NCBI RefSeq assembly: GCF_020745735.1
Contig: NW_026867487.1
Coordinates: 4,667,239-4,731,238, forward strand
DNA: 64,000 bases
Direction: 5' to 3'
Source of the DNA: Hemiscyllium ocellatum
Lineage: Eukaryota
The notes beneath the pieces are model-generated. The model searched no databases. It was not told the origin of the DNA and saw only the letters and a program-made list of their open reading frames with translations. Every line of letters starts with the position of its first letter. Position 1 is the first letter of the stretch. A program made the translations under genes and the position numbers. Positions 36,438 to 47,202 of the stretch are shown here, piece by piece.

Positions 36438-37735
36438 CTGCCAAAATGGAACCAAGAGCTAAATGTGGCTAGTCAAGTCGAGAGTAACATTTACTTCCTA
36501 CCGTAATGCCTGAATGAACCAAGTTCAAATTTAAAAAATATATTTCACACCGAAAGGTCAATGGGTGCTGACTCCGAGAGGGATCTGTGTTCTCACTCTA
36601 TGTTTAATACAAGTGAATAAGATGCAAACATACGATTAAAGAATTGATGACATTGGGCAAATGAAAGTGATTGCCATAGAATTACTGTTAGAAACATCTG
36701 GCATTGTGCTCCAGCCATTGAAGGGGGTGCACAACAGAAATCATGAATCATCAGCTTCAGAACTCCCTGCGACACTGAATTAAGTGACAACAGAAACTTG
36801 ACTTCGAGCAATGCGATGTGATGCGTTCAATATCCAAAAGCAAATCTGTCATTCTTCCTGATATACTTCAATTTAGCGTTTGCCCTCGGTCTGATTTTGA
36901 TCATCCATTAGCTATTCCATGTATCTGCAGCTTATGATTCCTCTGTGATTGATTATTGTTGTACTGATGTTTGCTCATTAGCTTCCTGTCTTGATAACAA
37001 TGTCATGGCGCCATCTAATGATGTAGATGCTTGATACTAATGCATGTAAATGTCTTTAACACTGAGAAAACTCTGATCAGTTTACTACAATTGTTTTGAC
37101 TTTCTCTAGACAGGCTTCAGTGACCATTGTAAATTGATATTTCACGTCACATCCATTTGTTCCTCTGAATGTAATATTTCTGGAACGTTTGATCTGGGAT
37201 ATATTTCGTTCGAAGTTGGAGTTAGACATGAAAGAGCAAAATGCAACCATTTCAGAAGCGGACAGTTCAGAGTTGTGAGAGGAAGAATAAAATTGAGATT
37301 GTCAATGTCACGCCTCTGGCCTTCAATTTGCACCTGCATAGTGAAGGTTGGGAGATCAGATTATACGGAACCAATTTTCGCAAATGCACCTCAGTAGCCT
37401 GGAGAACATGGCGTTAACGGTGTGTTCTCTCAACCATTATGACAAAAGCTGTGAACAAAACGTTCTGAAGAGGAATCATATCAGACTCGAAAAGTTAACA
37501 TAGTTTCACTCTTGACAGATATTGCCAGATCTGTTGAAGTTCTGTAGCTGTTTCTGATGTTATTGCATATTTGTCACCAATTACATCACCGTAATATTCC
37601 TTTGCAATGTTATCATTTTGTGATTTAACTTCATTTTGTTGGGGAGGGGGGAATGAAAAGCAGTCTTTGCAAAGATCTTCAAAATTGCTATGAGTGACTT
37701 TACTTCATGTCGGGGGAGATAGTGAGGACTGCATT

Positions 37736-37771
37736 ATTCCTGATGAAGAGCTTAAGATCGAAACGTTGACC
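37736..37771 (+). ncRNA. degenerate hammerhead motif with GAGC-type stem II; paralogs near 17620-17652 and 57216-57251
   Basis: attc-CTGATGA-a-gagc ttaa gatc-GAAA-c-GTT-ga; the 17.6-kb copy has a perfect gagc/gctc stem but a mutated core. Confidence 0.45.
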
Positions 37772-39780
37772 CTCCAGATCTGTCTGACTTGTTGTGCGTC
37801 TCCAGTGGCACACATTTGACTTTATTTCACGTCGCCACAGCAGGGTGTTGGGTGAAGTTTTCAATAAGCGATAATCACACTTCAATTGAACTTCTTTTAA
37901 TTTCAAAAATATAGTTTACTCATAAAACAATATTTTCATGTATATACCTTGAACTAAAAACTGTTCCATTCTACACAGTTGCTTATCAAGTAAACACACA
38001 GAACGTTCGAGTTTGACTAAATACAAACCAAAGACCTCTCCTGCACATACAACGCTGCTATTTACATATATTTGTCACACTAGGAAAGTCCGATAATTGA
38101 ATGTACCCTCATTTGCCTTCAGCATGATGACCTCAGTCTATGGTCTTTCCCAACTGTGTCTTGGCAGTAGCTGCCCCAATTTTTCATGTGGACTTCAGCA
38201 TGTAGTCCTGATCATAAGAATATCTCAATGTGCAAAATCAGATCGAGGTCAACTCGTTATTCTGGAAGATGAACAAGGCTCAGCAGACCAAGTAGTGTCT
38301 TTCAATGCTTTGATGGTCCTCAAGGTGCAATTGATGCCTGAAATGGCGTGTGTCTGAGGGAAAAGACCATAGCGCACATGAAGCTGCTCAGGACGAGCAT
38401 CAACAAAATTATTGCATTTTACTCCAGACCTACTTGGCAAAGGCAAATTCGAGAAGGAGATGTGTGACAATCTCAAACCCTCGGCAGCCAGTTCAAGGGT
38501 GTTTGTGGTGACACAGGCGGACCATGCATTTATGGTAGAGCCTTTCCCACCACCAGCCAAACGATGTCTTCAAATAGGGGTTGTATTGATAATGTTGTTT
38601 CAAATCTGAGGAAAGGGCACGGGACACAAAACGTAAACTTTAATTTCTCTTCACTGATGCCACCAGACGTTTTCCAGAAACCCCCGTTTTTGTATCAGTA
38701 TCAGTCCATTAGTTTCATGACCCAAAGGGAAAATCTCTGCAATCAGGGATAAGTGTCCAGGCAGTTAAATAAACAGAATCCCAGCGGAGTCATATATCCA
38801 AGACTAAACAAAATCGATTCGAAAATTCCGAATGTTTGGATTACAATACCACCTGTAACTTTCTCTCAACCTAAGTCACCAATTTACAGAGAACAGTATA
38901 TATATTATTTCACAGCCACTGTGTCAAAATTCTGGATCTCCCTTGCTAACAGCACTGTGAGTTTCCTTCCATCTCAAAGAGCTCAGCAGTCCAAGAGGCA
39001 GATCACCTCCACCTTCTCCAATGCAATTTGTGGTCGTAATAGTATTCGGTTTCACTTAAATGTCGCCAGAGGCAGGACAGGATCCTCTCGTCTTTACACC
39101 ATTGACATAATCAGGTAAGAACGATTGAGATCAATCAACAAATTGAGGTGTCCGTTGAAGAATGTTCATTTCCAGACAGCCCAGCAAGCAGAAACCACAT
39201 GCGAATAAGACTTCCACTAATCACGTTGCCTCATTAATCTGCCATTATTGAGTGTGTTTGTTTGATTAGTGTTGTTCAGATTGGAGCTATATCCCACTTG
39301 CTGGTTGGTATTTGAAAGCAAGGCTGCGTTATCCTGGACCAACGAATCTGTCTCTCGCTATTTTGAAACGGTTAACATGCAGCTGCAGAGGCAGGACCTC
39401 AATACAGCACAAAATGTTTGATGTTATTCAGGTTGCTCCGGCGGTGCACGTGGCCGATCAAAATCACGTGACCGATTATGGTTTCCCTCACCAAATGCTT
39501 TGGATTTTGTTGGACGTAACTCGTTGCAGCATTTTCGCTATATCTCATTGCAGTAAACGTGGAACGCTTTGGGACATTTCAAAAGGCATGGACTCATGCA
39601 TTCACTTTTCATTCACTAAACTGACAGCTTTTGTTTATTTCAATAATATATTTATAACGAATAAAGTCATGTATTCAAGTGAAAAAGTATCAGATTTTAC
39701 GCGAATTCGGGTACAATTTCAGATCCACTCTTGATCTCACCGTTTGCCTGACACACTGTCATGTTCAGTGACTCCCTGAC

Positions 39781-39819
39781 AGTTTTTGTACAGTGTCGGC
39801 CCTGTTCTGACTCTCCGTG
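39781..39819 (-). other. 23-RSS
   Basis: CACGGAG, 23-bp spacer, ACAAAAACT. Confidence 0.82.
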
Positions 39820-40884
39820 GGGCGCAGTGCGCAGTAATACACTGCAGAGTCTGCCAGTTCTGTTTTCACCACTTTCAGGTTGATGGTGCAGTTCACATGA
39901 TCGAGCTTTGAGGACAACCGGTCCCCTTGAAACCTTTCTGCGTTCGCTCCAAATTTGCTTCTCTGTAGCAGAATCTCCATGGAACCATTGGAATGTTGGA
40001 GGTACCAGAAAAGGTAAGGAGTGCTGCTTGTTGTCGTATAATTACAGAACAACTGGACATTGTCCTCCTCATTCACTGCAATTGAAGCCGGTGTCTGTGA
40101 GACAGAATCTCCTCGGCAAAGTCCTGCAAAAATCGATTGATCAATTTACTTGATTGATTTGTCACGTGTACCTCAGTGCACTGGAAAGCTTTCTTTACCA
40201 GCGGTATCGGCAGATCATAGAAAAGAAGGATGTACAGATAATAGAATGAGAAGAACAAATTTAGACAGAGGCAGACAGGTTACGTTTAAAAGGTCAACAT
40301 TAGCAGGATCAGCACTTTAAGTTAGAGACTCTCGGAGAATCCGAAAATTACAGAAAATATTTCATTTTTCTGTTGCCGCAATCACCCCCTGACCTTGAAC
40401 AATAACCTGCGAAATAAGTTCGGGAAAGAACAAAAATTAATTACATGCAACTCGGCAGCTATATTGGTAAAGGGATTTGACAGATTAAATAAAACCTCCT
40501 TCAGTACACGGGTCACACCGCCTAACAAGGTCATTTTCCATTTCGTTCCCGATCCTGAAGGGAAAACTGCAGATGGTATGTTAATTTATAACTCTCGCCT
40601 CTGTCAATGTATCTGAACAGACCCCGTCCTTCTTAATTCCCAGCCTAAGTCTTCAACAGTCTTTCAATTGGGTCGTTTGCTAACTCATACCAAATAGTGC
40701 AGGTGTTGGATAAATTTGGTTATATTGATTTGGAGACAATGTATCACTTCTTCTACTTTGATGGAACTGTTGGGGTTAATGTAATTGTCGCTGTGGATAT
40801 GAAAGAAAAAGATCATCAACTTATCAACCTACCAGTTAGAACAGCTGCAGCTGTGAGGAATAAACACAATGCTCCAGGCGTCAT
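39820..40884 (-). CDS. TRAV: TCR alpha/delta V segment, family c, copy B (leader 40884-40833, V exon 40123-39820)
   Basis: MTPGALCLFLTAAAVLT, donor gtaggt, acceptor tttgcag; LFCNY..WYLQ..DSAVYYCALRP. Confidence 0.9.
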
Positions 40885-42282
40885 TGTTACCGAGAGATCA
40901 CAGCGAATGTGAGCAGATCGAAGCTAAAGTAATTTTCGTCAAGAATTGCTAACATTTCCGGATCTCTGCCCATTGGTTCATTGTTGACAAAGGCATGAGG
41001 TGACAACCAATGATTGTCAAACGCCTTTGTTCATTAATTCACACAATCAGCTTCACGCGCTTTGAACTTCATTTCATATGGCCACAAGAGAAAGGAACAC
41101 CGTGAATTTATGAGCCAGACGACGGGGTCTTGCATACACTTTGAACCAACATTGATATTTGGCAGTTTTAGGTTCTCTGCAGGCGAAGTCAGAGAAGGAA
41201 CACAGTCCACGTTGTTCGAGTGTCAGAAGCAGGAATTCTGCAGATCAGCGAACAGCTCTCTGGCATTTTGAGATCTTCCATTCACCAGGCTGAGAGACAG
41301 TGTGTTAGAGTTTTTTGGACACAGTGACGATGTCCATTAAAAAAAGTGCATATTCAATTTCTTAAATACTTGAGTGGAATGTCGATTTTGCTGCATTTTC
41401 TGGTAAGATTCATAGCAATCGACATTTCTTTAATTTTACATTGTGCCATCACAAATGTATCAACGGTATCTACACCGGGTTCATTACAGCAAAAAGACAA
41501 AATGGTTCACTGCCGCATTTCCAACGTGCATTAGTGATGCATACAAGAGTTGCATGCAACACCCAAATACTGTAATATTTTTTGAAGGAACACATGATGA
41601 CAGAGTTACTCTGAAAGTCTGAATGGGAATGGTGAGAGAGCAGCGGTACACATTAATAGAAATCCTGACAGAAGAGAATGTATTTTGTCAAAGACGCAAA
41701 CGTAAATGGCAAGGCAAGCGGTGAGGATGGCACAAAGTGTCTGCGATAAGGACACAACGAATTCAAGTGAGTGGGACTACAGTTTCCACTGGAACAGGTA
41801 TCTGGGAACGTTGCACCTCAAGGAAATGAACAGTTGAGTCGACGGGATGATGCAGAATGATTAGCTTATTCGAATCATTTTTGAGAGAACTGGAATGTGT
41901 AAGTGTTAATGAAATGTGAATGATGTTAAAAGAAAGGCCATATTACTTTCCTTCAAGGTTAATTTATGACTTAAACTGATGTAATATTTAACGTCTATGC
42001 ATGACACTCGTTATTTTTCCCTTTTATCTTTCAATAGTTTATCATCATTTCATCTTCTACATGTATTGTTACTTTATTTCCGCTCTTTCTCTCATCTTTT
42101 ATTTCACTGATGTTAGCATATGTGAATGTGCTTGCTTTATCTCCACCCAGACTTCCAATTCTCTTCACTTCGTGCACTCTTCCTGCTCGGTTGTTCTACC
42201 GCTTTTTCTGTTGCCGTGGTCCCCTTAACATCGAATTATACAGCCCTGAAATAATTGCATTGATGCTCAGCAGCGTGGCATA

Positions 42283-42321
42283 GGTTTTTGTTCAGACTCT
42301 CCCTCTGCTTGTAACACTGTG
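42283..42321 (-). other. perfect consensus 23-RSS
   Basis: CACAGTG, 23-bp spacer, ACAAAAACC. Confidence 0.95.
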
Positions 42322-42659
42322 CCCTCACTGGCACAGAGATAGATGGCGGTGTCGTTAAGTCTGGTGTCTCGCACACTCAGGACACTGAGTTTGTAATCTG
42401 TCCTGACTGAAGCGGAGATCCTCTCATGTTGATCAGCTTCTCTTTTGGCCATCACCAGATGCTGGGGCGGCTGGTTCGGGAGCTGTCTGTACCAATGCAC
42501 TGTGCGAAATGTCGTTGTTGTGGAGCACTCTATGGAAGCGTTTTCTGCCTCCTTAACAACTGTCCACTGAGCAAGTTGCGTGACTTCATCCTCTGCCGTT
42601 TTTACCTTGTAGATCAGAGAGGAAAGCAGGAAAAGAACTCGGTAAATTTGAGACATCAT
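42322..42659 (-). CDS. TRAV: TCR V segment, family d, copy B; leader and V in one uninterrupted frame
   Basis: MMSQIYRVLFLLSSLIYKVKTA-EDEVTQ..IEC..WYRQLPNQPP..DTAIYLCASE; 112 codons plus GG, then RSS. Confidence 0.88.
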
Positions 42660-43206
42660 CAAGTTACATGAAGTGTAAGGTCCACCGAGTTCTGTTGGGA
42701 AAAAAAAAGATTTGACAATGAGAAAAACACTCTTTTCGTGTCGAACACAGTGTTGCCTTCTTTCGAAGTTGTGAAATAATTTATGTCTTCGAGTTTATCT
42801 TTCCATACCAGGCTTTTCGCACAATGTGTGTATGGCACTCCGCTCTCTCATTTAATATATGTCAACGATTCAGCCTGCCCTCTAGTGGCTAAGTCTGGAA
42901 ATTGTGACGTAAATGTTCTCACCAGAATGGAATTCACACGATCTTGTTCAATGAAAACCAAAATATCTGATTCCTCCTGCCGCCCCACACCCCCCCACCC
43001 CCAAATATCCTTGCCTGGTTTACTCGGCACTTTTTATTTCAAATGCAGCACCCAACGATTTCAGGGTATTTTCTTCACGCATTGCAACTGCAACTGTATT
43101 CCAGACTTCAATCAGCCTGCCTAAATTAAGCAAAAGACCTCAACATTAATCGGAACATTTTGTCCTGTGCTTTGAGGCGGCATGTCACCTCAGCGTGATG
43201 GAATGT

Positions 43207-43248
<42 letters not shown>

Positions 43249-44821
43249 GGGTCTGACCAAATAAGGGCCCATTCCTGAAGAAGGGCTTATGCCCGAAATG
43301 TCTAATCACCTGTTCCTTGGATGCTGCCTGACCTGCTGCGCTTTACCAGCAACACATTTTCAGCTCTGCCCAAAACCAGGCAAGTATCTCTGAAATCTCA
43401 TTCTCTTGGAAGATACTGTCCATTCATTATGCTGGTGCTTCAGAAGCTGAAACTAAATGGTGCGGCCGCACTTGGAGTATTGCGCATAGTTCTGGTCACC
43501 ACATTAGGAAGGATGTGAAAGCTTTGGAAAGAGTTCAGAGGAGATTTATTGTGATATTGCCTGTTATGGATGAGAGGTTTTACGAGGAAAGGCTGAGGGA
43601 CTTGAGGATGTTTTCATTGGAGAGAAGAAGGTTGAGAGATGAATTAATCGAGACATAGAAGATAACCAGAGGGTTGGATGGAGAGGTCAGTGAGAGCCTT
43701 TTTCCTCAGATAGCGATGGCTAGCACGACGGGACCTGGCTTTAAACTGAGGAGTGATCGATATAGGACAAATATCAGAGGTAGGTTGTTTACTCAGAGAG
43801 TAGAAGAGGCGTGGAATGCTCTTCCTGCAACAGTAGTAGGCTCTCCAACTTTAAGGGCATTTAAATGGCCATTGGATAGGCATGTGGACGAGAACAGAAT
43901 AATGTAGGTTAGACGGGCTTCAGATCGGTTTCACAGGTTGTCGTAACACCGAGGGCCGAAGGGCCTGTACTGCGCTGGAATGTTCCATGTCCTAAATATG
44001 GACAGAAGTGGAGCAACAGATAGCGTGTGAAATGAAAACGAGCAGGGGACTTGCTAAATTTTAGCATTTTGCTTTTGTGTGTGTGTGCGTGCCTCTGGGT
44101 GTGTGTGTGTGTGTGTGTGTCTTTGTATTTATAATTCTGTCTGCGCATCTATTTATGTATGTTGCGGCCTGTGTATATGTGTGCTTTTCTGTGGCTACCA
44201 ATGTGCATTTCTGTGTTCATGTGCATGTCTTTTTGTGTGTTTACGTGTGTGTGTCTGTGTTTATCTTTATCTGTTGGTGTTTGTGTGCGTGTGCGGGCAC
44301 ATGTGTGTGAATGGATGTGTCCATCTCCTTGTGAAAAGGAAAATATTCTGGCTTGATGTTGAAAATATGACAGTGTCGAAGTTCTCTGCTTGTTGCTGTC
44401 CTCTGAATAAGATCATATAGTTCCACCATCTGCTCTCGAATCGGACATTTCAAAAACCATCACATTCTCTTAAGAAGGCTCAGATTGGGAATTTTTCAAG
44501 GGCTACTTTCTAATATTCATGACGTAATAGAACGAGGGGTTATAGTTTAAACTCATCCATTTTTAAACAGCTATCCAATGTTCTGAGATCAATGATATGG
44601 ATGAGAATGTTCTAGGCATGAACGGAAAGTTTGCAGATGACACTAACATCGGAGGTATGGTGGACAGTGAGGAAGGTCATCAGAAATTGCAGCAGGATCC
44701 TGATCAGTTGGGGAACTGGGCCAGAAATAGTAAATGGAATTTGGTATGACGGCTGGCATTTTGGAAAGCTAATTCAAAGCAAGAGCTTGATGATGGATGG
44801 TAGTGCCTTAAGGAGGCACAA

Positions 44822-45018
44822 CCCCAAGTCCCTCCTCCCTACCTTTTATCTTAGCCTGCTGGAACGCCCCTCCCCCAAGTCCCTCCTCCCTACCTTTTAT
44901 CTTAGCCTGCTGGAAACGCCCCTCCCCCAAGTCCCTCCTCCCTACCTTTTATCTTAGCCTGCTGGAACGCTCCTCCCCCAAGTCCCTCCTCCCTACCATT
45001 TATCTTAGCCTGTTGGAA
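44822..45018 (+). repeat. 51-52-bp tandem repeat (about 4 units) at the Penelope 5' end
   Basis: same unit as 25387-25532 with one more copy. Confidence 0.9.
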
Positions 45019-47166
45019 CCTTCTAACCTGCAATTTTCTTCCTGACCTCGCCTCCCCCACCCCACTCCGGCCTATCAGCGTCAACTTGACTTCCTTCCAC
45101 CTATGTCATCTCCATCGCCCCTCCCCAAGTCCCTCCTCCCTACCTTTTATCTTAGCCTGCTGGAATCCACTCCTGGCAGACAAGGGAGGCGCGGTAGTAG
45201 TTTGGCGCGGCGACCTTTATACCTCTGAAGCCAAACGCCAGCTCGCAGACGCCTCCTCCTATTGCCCCCTTGACCATGACCCCACCTCCCACCACCAAAC
45301 CATCATCTCCCAGACCATCCATAACCTCATCACCTCAGCGGGTCTCCCATTCTTCGCTTCCAACCTCATAGTCCCACAACCCCGCACCGCCCGTTTCTAC
45401 CTCCTGCCCAAAATCCACAAACCTGACTGCCCCGGCCGACCCATTGTCTCAGCCTGCTCCTGCCCCACCAAACTCATCTCCGCGTAGCTCGACACGGTTC
45501 TGTCCCCCTTAGTCCAAGAACTGCCCACCTACGCTCGGGACACCACCCACGCCCTCCACCTCCTCCATGATTTTTGCTTCCCCGGTCGCCAACGCCTTAT
45601 CTTCACGATGGACATCCAGTCCCTGTACACCTCCATCCCCCATCACGAAGGACTCAAAGCCCTCCGCTTCTTCCTTTCCCGACGCACCAACCAGTACCAT
45701 TCTACTGACACCCTCCTTCGACTGACTGAACTGGTCCTCACCCTGAACAACTTCTCTTTCTAATCCTCCCACTTCCTCCAAACTAAAGGAGTTGCCATGG
45801 GCACTCGCATGGGCCCCAGCTATGCCTGTCTCTTCGAAGGATATGTGGAACAGTCCATCTTCCGCAACTACACTGGCACCACACCCCACCTTTTCCTCTG
45901 CTACATCGATGAATGTATCGGCGCTGCCTCGTGCTCCCACGAGGAGGTTGAACAGTTCATCAACTTTACCAACACCTTCCATCCCGACCTCAAATTCTCC
46001 TGGCCTGTCTCAGACTCCTCTCTCCCCTTCCTAGACCTTTCCATTTCTATCTCAGGAGACCGAATCAACACAGACATCTACTATAAACCGACTGACTCCC
46101 ACTGCTACCTGGACTACACCTCCTCCCACCCTGCCCCCTGTAAAAACTCCATCCCATATTCCCAATTCCTTTGTCTCCGCCGCATCTGCTCCCAGGAGGA
46201 CCAGTTCCAATACCGTCCAGCCCAGATTGCCTCCTTCTTCAAGGACAGCAGATTCTCCCCAGACGTGATCGACGATGCCCTCCACCGCATCTCCTCCACT
46301 TCCCGCTCCTCCGCCCTTGAGCCCCGCCCCTCCAACCGCCACCAGGACAGAACCCCACTGGTTCTCACCTACCACCCCACCAACCACTGCATACAGCGCA
46401 TCATCCGCCGTAATTTCCACCACCTCCAAACAGACCCCACCACCAGGGATATATTTCCCTCCCCTCCCCTATCAGCGTTCCACTCCCTTCGTGACTCCCT
46501 CGTCAGGTCCACACCCCCCACCAACCCAACCTCCACTCCCGGCACATTCCCCTGCAACCGCAGCAAATGCAAAACTTGCGCCGACACCTCCTCCGTTTCC
46601 TCTCTCCAAGGCCCCAAGGGATCCTTCCATATCCGCCACAAGTTCACCTGCACCTCCACACACATCATCTACTGCATCCACTGCACGCGATGTGGCCTCC
46701 TCTATCTTGGGGAGACGGGCCGCCTACTTGCGGAACGCTTCAGGGAACATCTCTGGGATGCCCGGACCAACCAACCCAACCACCCGGTGGCTCAACACTT
46801 TAACTCTCCCCCCCACTCCACCGAGGACATGCAGGTCCTTGGACTCCTCCATCGCCAGAACATAACAACACCATGGTTGGAGGAAGAGCGCCTCATCTTC
46901 CGCCTGGGAACCCTACAACTACAAGGGATGAACTTAGATTTCTCCACTTTCCTCAGTTTTCCCTCCCCACACCTAGCCTCAGTCGATTCCCTCGAACTCA
47001 GCACCGCCCTCCTAACCTGCAATTTTCTTCCTGACCTCTTCGGCCCCACCCCACTCCGGCCTATCACCCTCACCTTGACCTCCTTCCAAATATCACATCT
47101 CCATCGCCCCTCCCCAAAGTCCCTCCTCCCTACCTTTTATCTTAGCCTGCTGGACACACTTTCCTC

Positions 47167-47202
47167 ATTCCTGATGAAGGGCTTTAGCCCGAAACGTCGA
47201 AT
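47167..47202 (+). ncRNA. minimal hammerhead motif with intact core in the Penelope 3' terminus
   Basis: attc-CTGATGA-a-gggc ttta gccc-GAAA-c-GTC-gaat. Confidence 0.78.

Larger units (their letters stand above)
28447..44512. repeat. near-identical tandem duplication, first copy (partner 47927-64000)
   Basis: ORF track repeats at offset 19480 (19486-19488 after CA/TG length changes); only about a dozen to fifteen substitutions seen by eye. Confidence 0.97.
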
